A stretch of 64,000 nucleotides of DNA, taken from contig OZ320321.1 of NCBI GenBank assembly GCA_976226885.1, positions 44,764,001 through 44,828,000 of the forward strand, in the 5' to 3' direction. This stretch comes from Iphione sp. A-MEVVRFRX5 (lineage: Eukaryota). This document shows positions 1-11,412 of this stretch, in pieces (positions within the stretch are counted from its first letter, which is position 1; each line of letters starts with the position of its first letter). The notes beneath the pieces are model-generated. The model had not been told where the DNA came from. It did not search any database and saw only the letters and a program-made list of their open reading frames with translations. A program made the position numbers and the translations under genes.

Positions 1-162
1 TACACTAGGTGCCCGGCGGTAGCGCAGATGTTTGTGCACGGTGACAGCCTGCAGGCCTGCCTTGTCGGGGTGGTCGTGCTAGACCCAGACACGGCCTACA
101 AGTGGATCAAAGAGAAAGTCGGTGTCTCGGCCCACTCCATGAAGGAACTGTGTGAAAATCCG
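1..162 (+). CDS. ACSL: ACSL exon (5'-truncated by window)
   Basis: Frame 1 YTRCPAVAQMFVHGDSLQACLVGVVVLDPDTAYKWIKEKVGVSAHSMKELCENP; donor gtaggg at 163. Confidence 0.93.
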
Positions 163-3100
163 GTAGGGCAAGACGGCTCGAAGTACATGTGTAATGCTAC
201 ATAAATTTAATACCACTGACAGTCTCGTTTTGGTCCCCCATCTCCAAAGTGGTGGTTCGGGGGGTTGACTCTAGGAATGCTACTTTTTGACTGTGTGACT
301 TTTCATGTATCTTTTGGTTCTCCTTGCTGAAAAAACCGTCGTATCAAATGAGCTGATTTTTATTTTGATACTTGCCTATATAAGTATTTGCTACAGTCAT
401 ATTTATGTTTCATTCAAGTAATTTAAAAATCTAACTAATTTATATTAACACACACACAATTCAAAGGTTTCGAGACAAGGGGCTACGTCAATGTGCTCAC
501 TTAGGCAGAACAATTAGTTGCACTTGATAAGTAGCAAGTAGGAGAACATAGACCTCGTAGGTCCGCATTCTTGTTTATTTGGTATCAGTCCTGGCTTTTC
601 CAGAATGTGGCCAGCATTTAATTTTTTCTTGATCTTGTCTTGTTCCTTCAAACGACCCTCGTTAGCAGAAACAGCACCCCGTGTGTATTCCAGTCAGCCA
701 GATTTCTCTTTTTTCTTGCATTATTCATTCTTAGTAGTTTTTAGCATAAAAATAGCACTTCCAAACCTCCTGTGTTAATGTCTGTCATGAACAGTTATTT
801 GTTTTCAAAGTTTGAATATTTCTGGAATCATTGTTGCCTCTGCTTTACACCAACTGTTTAACGTATCTTTTCCAGGAGGTGAAGAAAACACTTCTTGAGG
901 ACCTAACGAAGATTGGGAAAAGCGCGGGGCTAAACTCCTTCGAACAGGTAGGCGTGATACTGTAGATTCCTATCTAATGTAGGAGAACAATATTGGGAGA
1001 GTAGTGTAAGCTTTCACCACTAGAGGGGAGTGTTGACCACCTAGGTGGGCTGCTTGTGGACAGGTGGCGCCACACTAGCAGCCAGCCGGATTGCAGTGTT
1101 GCTCCAAGAGAGCAAGGTGTCCAGGTGTATGGGACACAGAGCCCACGACTTTCGCTTTCGGCTCCGCAATAAAGAGATCAACTTTTCTCAGTGTTTAACC
1201 CCTTCCTGACCAACAGAAATGATGCTTTTGGAAGAGGTCAATGTAGTTTTTTTTTATAATACTTAGTCCTATGGTTTAAAAGAAGAGATGCTTTGTAATG
1301 TTATATATCATATGAAGGACCTTAAATTGCATGTTATTTTGAAAACATTTATATTCCATTTATTTGGTTGCCATGGCAACAAGACAGGATTGAATGTTAG
1401 ATATAATTTGGAAAATTTACATTAAATTTACACTTATTTACATTACTGGAAAGCAAACATGAAAAAATATTAATCCTAGGAGAAAATGTTCAATTAAGAA
1501 AGTGTTCAGGAGGTGATTTCCAGTGTTTTGATCCCTAAATTGTCTCAGTATGTGATCTAGAACACACTTTGTCATGACCTGTAAGTATACATGTTTCATG
1601 CAAAAATAGTGCATCACCCAATGCATCAGCATCACTGATGCATCATGGGATATATCAAAAATAGACATAACCACAATCAAGTAAAGAGCATTAGTGAAAT
1701 ATGAGCCAAACAAAACAAACTATGAATTTCATCCTCATTTTTCATGGAAGAAATTAGCAAAAGAGTCTGTATTACATAAAAGCTGCATATAATAATTAAA
1801 AATATTATGTAATAATTACCTATAATTTTGTCTTCATAAGGAAGTTTATAGGATGTCATAAGTTAAACTTTTATTATTGTTCCCACTAATGGTTCATTGA
1901 AAACTTTTGATAAGCTTTAGGGATAACCCCTCTAGTGTTTCACAGGAATATTTGATAATATTATAAAAAATTATCTGTTATTTCACATTTCAAGACATAA
2001 TTGTATTAATATGTTAATTAACATGGGTGAATATGCTGAATTTTCATGTTCTTACAGGTCATGTGACCCCTTTTCCATGGTAACCTAGTGTACATTAGTA
2101 AACCTTTAAGTGGCAATGGACACCATACAATATGACCTTATTTTATGCAAAACATCTAATTAATCCATCAAATATTACTCATATAACAGCTGACTAGAAG
2201 CTTATCGATCATATATGATCAATAAGCCTATGGTTGGACCAGAAGGGGTTAATTGCTGATATTTGTCATACACACTAAATATGTCAGCATTTGCAAACTG
2301 AAGGACTGGTTCAGAGAATCATTTTCCCATATGAGGTTCATTTGGAAATGGGATGTTGCATTGTGTGAATTGACCGATTGCCGTTTTACGTCATTTTGCA
2401 GTAAAATGACATTGTTTACACTCGTGGTAAAATTTACGTCATTTTACATCGCGAGTTCACGGGAAAACGTCACAGGGCTGTACCTTAGCTGCAGATTAAG
2501 TTAGAAAGACAGGCTATAGCTCATCTTCTTTCTTATGTCCTTAGCTTTCATTTGGTATAAGTTTTGTCTAAATCTCACTGCTAGAAGTTGGTCTTTTTGG
2601 CTTGGAAATACCCTGCCAATCTTGATTTTTGTAGAGGCAGCATATGGGCTGTCGTAGTTAGATCTGTGACTGTCGTAGTCACTCTACCCATTACACCCGT
2701 TGTTGTAGTTTATTTCGCATCATTATTACGTAAAATAGCGAATGGTCAATTACTTATATACAGTGTACCCTGATGACCGACAAGCAGACGTTGCCTGCTG
2801 TATTGTCGATTAAACAGGAATTGTCACAACTCTGTACCAACTGCCTGATGACTGCGGGCTGATTCTGTACATGTACAACCTGGTGACCGAGTTATGATTA
2901 TATTAGTCTAAGCTGAAATAAGGCTAGTCTTAAGCTGTTCTCCTGAGTTGCCAGATCCCCTCCTCGACATATATAGAGTGAACCAGTGTAACTTGCCCCT
3001 ATCATTTCTCCATGATCTTCCTCGTTCTCTCCATAGGTGAAAGCCATCCATCTTTACGGCGAGCAATTCAGTGTGGAGAATGGTTTGCTGACACCAACCT

Positions 3101-3174
3101 TCAAGGCCAAGCGCCACGAGCTCGCCAAGCACTTCGCCCAGCAGATCAACGACATGTACTCCAAACTGACGTGA
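1..3174 (+). CDS. ACSL: Long-chain-fatty-acid--CoA ligase (ACSL1/5/6 family), 3' part; coding exons <1..162, 876..947, 3037..3174
   Basis: Spliced translation YTRCPAVAQMFVHGDSLQACLVGVVVLDP...ELCENP|EVKKTLLEDLTKIGKSAGLNSFEQ|VKAIHLYGEQFSVENGLLTPTFKAKRHELAKHFAQQINDMYSKLT* matches the ACSL C-terminal motifs (FVHGDSL, L.SFEQVK, FSVENGLLTPT.K.KR). Both introns are GT-AG, phase 0. The paralog number cannot be assigned. Confidence 0.95.
876..947 (+). CDS. ACSL: ACSL penultimate coding exon
   Basis: ttttccag acceptor; EVKKTLLEDLTKIGKSAGLNSFEQ; donor gtaggc at 948. Confidence 0.93.
1199..2248. mobile_element. piggyBac-like non-autonomous element (MITE) in last ACSL intron
   Basis: TTAA on both sides (1195-1198, 2249-2252). 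Termini CCCCTTCCTGACCAAC vs reverse complement CCCCTTCTGGTCCAAC (13/16). AT-rich non-coding interior. TTAA plus CCC termini is the piggyBac signature. Confidence 0.75.
3037..3174 (+). CDS. ACSL: ACSL terminal coding exon
   Basis: ctctccatag acceptor; VKAIHLYGEQFSVENGLLTPTFKAKRHELAKHFAQQINDMYSKLT, TGA at 3172-3174; AATAAA at 3487. Confidence 0.95.
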   Translation: MKAIHLYGEQFSVENGLLTPTFKAKRHELAKHFAQQINDMYSKLT

Positions 3175-6100
3175 GGTGGCAGCAGATCATGCCGGTCCGC
3201 CGCGCGACAGTCAGCACCATTTCTTCTAGATATACATATAGCACCTGGCCACTCGTCCCCTGGAGTCGACCCCGCCCTAGCTCATTTCTCTTGTCACCCC
3301 CATGCGAGGAAAAATCGTTTGGTGTGAAACGGGCTACCGTGCCAGTACTAGCTACAGTCTTACATATTTCCATAACCGTCTTAAGGACTCTGTTTACGCT
3401 CCAACTAGAAAGAATGGGTAACTCGGAGATGAAGCAGCGGACATATCGGAAGCGGACCACAGTAATCCCCCCCCCCACCACCACCAAATAAACTTGGTGA
3501 CCGGGCGATGGTATCCGAAGCACAGAAGGATCCATGCTTAAAGCATGTTCAGCCTTTTGAGAATGAGTTACGAGTGATTCTCAGATAAGTATTGTCGTTA
3601 TTTGTGATATTATTTGTATGCATAAGTGAGAGGCGCGTCCGAGAACAATCGAAACATCGTTTTAACCCCCACCCTCCTGCCTTTTATAAAACAAAAAATA
3701 CTGTAGACAAGCATCTGGGAGTTGTCAGTCATTTCACGCAGTAAAAGTAGATTGAACACTAGGATTTTCTTTGGTCATGCGGTATTCATGTGAATATATC
3801 AGAAATAGAGACAGGAGATTGGCAAACTCTATTTTCATGCATTGTTAAGCATACAGTGGAGATCATGGGCGACGTAGCTAAGTGTAGCTGAGAACTCGCC
3901 TAGAAGGTTACGGTTGTGACGCTGTTTAATTATCATGGGATAATCTTTAGTCAACGGTATTCGCTCATTGGTCGTTGCTACATGAGGTGTAACATTCACT
4001 GCGGGATGCATATAATTGGCATAATTGAAATGAAATTATGTTTACTCATTTAATTATTATCTTATTTATTTAAGCAAAAACTAAAAGGTTATCGTGCAGT
4101 AACAGTTTTCATACTGTCTAGTCTATGCCAGACATGTTTGCAAAAGTAATGTGGAATATATACCTTTTGTATCCTTATTCGTTGTGATTTCATTGCTGCT
4201 TTTCTCACTTTTTTGCCAACGCTTTACACAGCCATGGAACCAGTGCACAAAACAGTTCGCTTAAACGTATAAATTGAGGTTCTTGAACAATCAAGAAGAA
4301 CGACGGGTCCTTGTTATTTTATTTGTTGTAAGTGGATACAGCCATGAATACCATCCCCTGTTCCTCAAAGAGCATATTTGAAACAAAAATATTCATAATT
4401 AAAAATAGACAGAAAACACTGAAACCTAAGTGATAGCTCCACCAAAATCAATCAGGTGTTGTAGGTATTTAGTTACTGGTTTGAACAAAACTATAGGTCA
4501 AAATCTTATGTTGAAATGGGTTTCAGTGATCAGTGATCGAAGATGCATCACCCTTTTTTTTAAAAATCATATCCTGAATGTATCACCTTCAATCGCTGCC
4601 CAAAATGTGATTATGCCAGTCAGTATATATGCATTAAAACATAACTGGATAACTTTAATATTACTTTTGTTGAAACATAACATTAGTATAAGGTGCTTAT
4701 CCAGCAGTAATTCCGAAACTAGTTGGAATAGAAAGAGGGCAATAACAGAAACCTGAACTTGTAATTTATAAAAACACGAATACTTCAGAACATTTGATTA
4801 ATTTTGATGCAGCGGGCCACGTAAGTGTAGATACATATACATGTATACACCTGTAGAAATCTGAAAACAATTCCCATTATTTATCTGTTCGTGTTAACCT
4901 TTGATGCACATGGACACAAGTGCATGATTTTTATGTGATTGTTCTTTTTAGGGAATCGGATTGTCGGTTACTAGGGGCTATATGAAAAAGTAAAAAAGAA
5001 AAATAGGCTCGCTTTTTTTTTGTTGCTTCAGCATTCAGACAATGTTTATTTTCATGCAGAAGTCGCCACGGTCCATGTCTGCATGTGTTCCAAGTCCTCG
5101 CTACGTTTGTGGTCAAAATTCATACCGAGTTCTTGTCTGAAGAAAAGTCCACACTGCCGTGGGGGAACAATCCCGGTTTCATGATGGATTCTGTGTGATG
5201 TGGTCTGGATGCTGTCAGAAGGATTGGATTTAAATTAATGCAGAATTGGTTGTACTTAGGAAATTCAATCTCTCTTTCTATAAGTTATGGAACGTCCAAT
5301 TTGCGATCTCCTTGCAGTGGAATGATCATTCAATGAACTACCGCAGCGCAGATGCAACCATTTATATTGTGTGTGGTTATATTTGTTTAACGAAGTTATA
5401 TGATTATTTTGTAAAGTGTTAACTGCCAAACAACCCAGGCTACATAAACAAATACGTGATACTCGAAGTAGTAAAAACCAGCAAGTAGCAAGTATGTAAA
5501 CTTGTGATTATTTGTGTTCATTGTGTTTCTATCGTATCGACTGTTATAGGAACCATTCGTGTTTATTAATATGTCACGTCACTTTGCTAACATTGTTTAT
5601 TTACACGGTGACTAGCGATGGTGTGAGGGAATTGAAAAAAAAATTATTTGCAGAAAATTATTCAAAGCTCCCGGCACACATGTGTGGAAAGTTTACAGGG
5701 TTTGTGTAGTCTTCGACTGATGCCGTTCTCGATCATTCTTCTTAGTACTAACACTTCTAATCTTAAGCGATGTACAGTGTTTTTTTTTTAAGTATGTCCG
5801 AAGATAACAAAAAGAGACCAGTTTTGCTTGCACTTCTTAATCCATAGGCTTGTTTGTACGCGTGGTGCCTGCACGAAATGTACGAATGTTTTATCACTGG
5901 CATCTACATTGGTGACGCGAACCAGTCATCAGGCAGAAGTCTAGCAGGCACGAGCGCTTTGTGAATGTTAACCGGTAATTTGGCCCACAGTTCTACCAGT
6001 AATGTTGGACTAGTTTGTAAATACATATAGTCGTGGGCGTATTTTGTTTGTATGCGTGTGTGTGCATGCCCGATTTCTAATAGGTCCTGTGTCCGTGACT

Positions 6101-9100
6101 TAGAATATACCTTGACTACCTTCTCTTTGACTAGGGCATTAGCAGTTGGACTTCTAACTTGCTGTTTACGGGATGGCTTTGTGATAATACGAGACAGTGG
6201 GCTGTAAATATGTCCAGCTTGTTTTCTATACTTTATGCCAGGTCTTATGTATAAAACGGCCAATGGGCGGGTTACAGGCACGCTGTTGCTTTGCTTCCTT
6301 GATATTTCTGAAGGGTGTGAACATCCTCGCTCTTCGAGAACTCTGCTCCTAACGGTAGGGATCACATAAAGTACATGTATTTTGGTTTCCTCTTGCAGCT
6401 TACTGCAGGCATGGCATTCTGTGAAAGTGGACAAAATCAGTAGTTCAGTGCTCAGATTTGAATTTTATAAAGGGAATTCTTTGAAATCTTCTGATCACAT
6501 CATAACCCCCAACATCCAAGAAGGGGATGGGAAGACGCTAAGAATACTGCTATCCAACCGTCTGAACCTTTGTCATGTTAGGTCATCTAAACTACAGTAT
6601 CAAAAGGATGGGCTTTTTATTAGTGTTTTCCTCTCGTGGAAATTGCCACTGGCTTATTTCCGTATGATTTAAAATGTTTTAAAGAACAAATGAATGTTTT
6701 AATAAAGCACCTTTAGATAGAATAACTGCTTTTAATGAGTAGATTGCTTAAAAAAAGAATGTGTCCATGTATCAATTTTCGAAACTCTTTCCTAAGGTCG
6801 CCGTAACAATTGTTCGTGTCTGTTTTCCGTAATAGAATGTAAAAAGTTATTTTTCTGATTTGCGCAATTAGGCGTTGGAGGGTCTAGTCACACGACCTAG
6901 TTCCAGTATGTATCGGCAAGTACACTTGTTCGTTACATCCGCACGATGTCAAGTCATTAAGCCACGGATTACTACGTGGGTTCTTCAGTCTGTCGACACG
7001 AGTGAACACCGTAATTGTTAAAACTATAACGCAAAGTATCATTTTGTTGGTTCTGTCAAGACTGCAAGTATAAGATATCTGTAGTGATGTTACTGATTGG
7101 ATGACCTCAGCTGCCCTGCCTCGTCTAGCAAAGTAAAGGTTGACCGTCTGTGTATTTTCCCGCGACATGTTGGGACAGAAACACGGTTCAGGTTGCATAC
7201 ACATCATATGTATTTAGTAGAACCACAGTTAAATTAGTTCACTTGAAATAGCTGTGCGTTTTTTTTTTAAATTGAAACCATCGCAGGTAGTTCTTTCCAT
7301 TGTCCTTTGTTTCGCCAGTTCGTATTCTGTAGCCGGTAGAATCCAGGCCAAATGGATGTCATACATTCCACAGAAGTGCAGCTCTTGAAATGGCAAAGTT
7401 TGTCCGGCGCTGTTATTCAATGCAGCACGAAAGGGTATTTTAGAAAACAAAGGCAAATGACGCAAAACGTATTGGTTAATCAGGAGGCAGTGTTATGGTG
7501 ACGAGAGGTTATTTTTTTCAAATGAAGACAGTAATGATTGAACACGATGCATTACTAATGGGAGGAGTTACTATCATTCTGATGAGCGGCTACTTTCTAT
7601 TGTAATTTTGAAGCCTGTAAATATGACATTTTGCGGATATTTGTTATTATTATAGAGTATTCGCCAGCATATGCTTGTAATACTGGTCACTGATTTACAC
7701 GAAATAAAGCGTTGATAATGAATTGCGTTGCTCTTAATATCTTGTGAAGGCAGAATCTTTTGCTTCTCAGGAATCTCCAGGAAGGTTTTCAGCATTGCCA
7801 TATTGATAGAAAACTTGAAATGAGAAGTTAAATCTTGCAGTGCTACAGATGTGCTGCTTACCTTGGATGCAACTACCGAGGTTGCTTACATTAGTCAGCA
7901 ATGATAACCCATTTCTACATGATTCCTGCACAGGACAGCAAAAAACTATTAAAAAGAAACAGGCATTCAGTCCAATGGACACGAAGAAGCACCTCGTCAA
8001 ATTCAAGTGAACATATCACCACAGTGAAAGTTCAGGTTAGGAACTGTGTTAGGAGTGTCTTGTGATATTATTGAAGAGTGCTAACGCTTAAAGAAGCCAA
8101 CAACTCTAAAATGGTGTTGCAAGCTATAAAATTATGGTTTGGGGTCTTGCGCACTGGTTTTCTGGCTGCCACCTATATTGATAACAGTTTAGGCTTGCAC
8201 CAACAAGTTTATAACACCTCGTGCCTAATTAGCCCTGGTTGTTGTCAAGGGACATAGGGTTGACACCTATCGTTACTGTTTTTTTTCACAAGGATCACAA
8301 GAAGAAACACATTAGCCATGTTTAATATACAGTCGAACATCTTCACTGCGGTCACTGGAGTGACTGTATTCATTGTGTCCACATTGGGGTGTGTCCGCAC
8401 TAAAGGAGAATGGAGTCAACATGAAGTAATAGTGTTCTCTTGTCTTCTGTATGTGTGTCCTGAGGTGTGGGTAGATCTAAGGATGTGCCCAACACTGTCG
8501 AACTGGTCTTCCCAACTTCTCCTAGCCCTTCCCTCTTAGGCCTGGTTTCCTTGTGTACAGATTTTGTGCCCAGACCATGGACTGCGTGGTCAGGAAAAAA
8601 ATGATCTCACTGATTTTAACAGAGGCTGTCCGGAGTCCCAAAATGGACAATGTTCGTTTTTTTTTATTGCAGAGCACAGACACACTAGAAGTATATAAAA
8701 GGTGGTTTGAGGCATTTTAAGAAACACAAAAACTATGTAACATATGTTACTTGTGAAATATTTTGTAATTTGCATAAAAGATGCACAATTTTGACCGATA
8801 TGTCTCAACCTCCATTAGAAACACAACAACATCTATCTTATGATAGACACTGTCTATCCATGTGAAAACATCCATTTTCCTGTACTACTGGTGTGTGCAC
8901 GTAGAAATTTACGGCCCAGGTCCATTTTCTCCCCATGCACCTCTCTGCACCACGCACCACTCACCACGCACCTGTGTGCATGGAAAGAGTCATAGAGTCA
9001 TTAATTCCTGCAAAACACAGTCCAGCCTCTGGTGACAATACCCACATGCATGGAAAGCCGGCCTAAATCTAAGGTGGAATCAGGCCTTGTCATGCTAGTC

Positions 9101-9630
9101 CTCCCAACTTCTCCCAGCCCTTCCCTCATACCTCCCTTGGTTGTTGGTAGATGTAAGGATGTCCCAGGCACTGTTGTTCTGCTCCTCCAGACCTCTCCGA
9201 GCCCGTTTTTCACACCTCCCTACACACCATTTCCAGGGTTTACAGTGGACAACACCTGAGGGAGATGAGAGGGAAGGGAAGGGAGAGATTGGGAAGTCCA
9301 GCACGACTCTGCTGACCTCTCCCTGCCCTTCCCTCACATCACAATCCGGTGGTGGCAGGACAGCAGTGTCACACTGGTCCTCCCGATCTGTACCACCCTT
9401 TCGCTCACACAAAACTCAGGCGTAACTGTCCACTATACCCTCAGAATCAGTGTTTCTGTGAAATGGATGTCCGGAGGCAAGTTTTTACTGTGGTTGAGTG
9501 TCTGCAGTGGCTGGGAGCTACAGGTGTATTAAACATGAATTAGGGGAATTTAATCTGTTCCGGATGATTCCCATCTACAGAAAGGGTTATGCATTGTGAC
9601 CGGGCATCTGTTATAAGGGTCTCCACCGTA

Positions 9631-10323
9631 CAGTAGAGCCTCTCTTAGGAGACCAAGCTTGGGACTGACCAATTTTGGTCTCTACTGAGAGGCAGTCTCC
9701 CCTGTGAAGCACTTGTCTTCTGTGCTCCCAAATGATCCCCAAATAATAATAGATGTTAATCACATACAACAAGAGAGAAAAAACTGATATGAACACTTAT
9801 TCATTAAATTACATAAATCCTTTATACATTGCCTAGGTGATCGAAATTGGGAGTGAGGTCGCACCTCTCCTGGGTGTTGGTACCTAACAAAGGAGCCAAA
9901 ATGGCACCTCGACCCACTGTTGGGAGTGAGGTCGCAGCTCTCCTGAGTGTTAGTACTCATCAAAGGAGCAAAAATCACACTTCCTCCCATCATAAGGAGT
10001 GAGGTTGCACCTCTCCCAGGGGTTGGTACCCATTAAAGGAGCAAGAATCATACCTCCTTTCCATTGTCAGGAGCAAAGTCGTACCTCTCCCAGTTGTTGG
10101 TACCCATCAAAGGAGCTCTTGGTTGTCTCTGCGAGGCAAAACCTGGTCTTTGGTACTTAAATTCTTGGTCTCTCCCTAGAGGTGGTCTTTCCTGTGAAGT
10201 GGTCTCTGTTGAGAGGCTTTTATATATAGGAAATGTACAGAAAATTGTTCCGTTCTGACTGATTTTGGTCTCTCCTGAGGTTTGGTCTCCCCTGTGAAGC
10301 GGTCTTTAGGAGAGGCTCTACTG
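9631..10323. mobile_element. Tc1/mariner-like MITE
   Basis: TA|CAGTAGAGCCTCTC...GAGAGGCTCTACTG|TA: perfect 14-bp terminal inverted repeat extending imperfectly to about 24 bp, TA target duplication, repeated subterminal TTTTGGTCTC / TCTCCCCTGTGAAGC blocks. Confidence 0.85.
9849..10117. repeat. 73-74 bp minisatellite, about 3.6 copies, inside the Tc1/mariner MITE
   Basis: Units (G/A)GGAGTGAGGTCGCACCTCTCC...GGTACC..CAAAGGAGC start at 9849, 9922, 9995, 10069. Confidence 0.85.
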
Positions 10324-10797
10324 TATATGTATCATTAGGGTTGAAATACGTCAAAATAAATGTGAATATGACAAATACAGAGATTAAACAATAATAAGCT
10401 TGACTTAACTCACTCTGTAGTCTAGCTGGGTACCTTGCGATTACTAGTCTATGGTAGTCATGAGCATGCCTAACTCTGCATACACTTGCAGCTACTGTGT
10501 ATTTTCTCCAGTTGGATTGGACCTCCGATTCCCTTGCTGCTTTCAATGAACAGGAATAATGTAAATTATTGTGTGAACAAAGATCAAAGGCATGTCACGT
10601 GCTGGGAAGATGGGAAACAAGAAGAGAAATACATGTACTGCATTCGGTCTTGAATTTACCTAGCATCAAATAATGCGTATGTGTGTATGCACGGGACCAG
10701 AAGTCCATTGGCCAGTGGCTATAGTCCCAAGAATAGACCTCCATAATAAGCCTTAGCACCGTGGTCCCTCCATAACCAAAATTTTTGGTTCCTCTTA

Positions 10798-11412
10798 AGT
10801 GCTTTCCCCATAGACGCGAATTATCCGCACGCACAAAGTGGCGTGCTGCGTGCAGCCCGGACCATTCCGCAACAGGTGGCGGGGCCTATCCCCATGTACG
10901 CGAATAGTTCGCATGGACTTTCTGATGCCTGTGTCTATGTCTATGTCTGTCTGTGTCTATGTCTATGTCTATATCACTGTATTCCTGTCAAATTTGTGTT
11001 AGTAATGTGTTTTTTGTGCAGATCTCACCGAATTCCTGTCAAATTTGTGTAAAAAATGCGTTTTTTGTGCAGATCTCGTTGAATTCCTGTCAAATTTGTG
11101 TAAAAAATGTGTTTTTTTGTGCAGATCTCGTTGAATTCCTGTCAAATTTGTGTAAAGGATGTGTTTTTCTGTGCAAATCTCATTGAATTCCCATCTTTTC
11201 TACTCTATTCTGTTCTATTCTATTCTACTATCAGCCCGCACAAGGTGGCGTGGTTCCCGGACCTACACCGATCACCCCGCACGCAGCAGGTGGCGGGTGC
11301 GGGATGTCCGCGTACATGGGGGTAGTTATATTTTAACTGCTTGGTCCGGACCTCCCGCTGTCCACGCAGAAGGTGGCGGGTGCGGAAGGTTCGCGTCTAT
11401 GGGGATAGCGCT
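10798..11412. mobile_element. PIF/Harbinger-like MITE with GC-rich arms
   Basis: TTA on both sides (10795-10797, 11413-11415). TIR AGTGCTTTCCCCATAGACGCGAA vs reverse complement AGCGCTATCCCCATAGACGCGAA (21/23). Second internal inverted pair CCCCATGTACGCG / CGCGTACATGGGG. Confidence 0.8.
10981..11191. repeat. 51-52 bp tandem repeat, 4 copies, preceded by a (GTCTAT)n run
   Basis: ATTCCTGTCAAATTTGTG...GTGCAGATCTC..GA units starting 10981, 11032, 11083, 11135. Confidence 0.9.

Noticed and set aside
3865-3920. GGGCGACGTAGCTAAGTG, a tRNA/SINE A-box-like start
   Set aside because: No B-box or cloverleaf.
5904-6434. 176-aa minus-strand ORF
   Set aside because: No recognisable motif or splice context; the length is borderline for chance in 64 kb. 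A BLASTp hit would be needed.
9849-11191. Regularly spaced repeats as possible CRISPR arrays
   Set aside because: Units are contiguous tandem repeats without unique spacers, in eukaryotic DNA with no cas genes.
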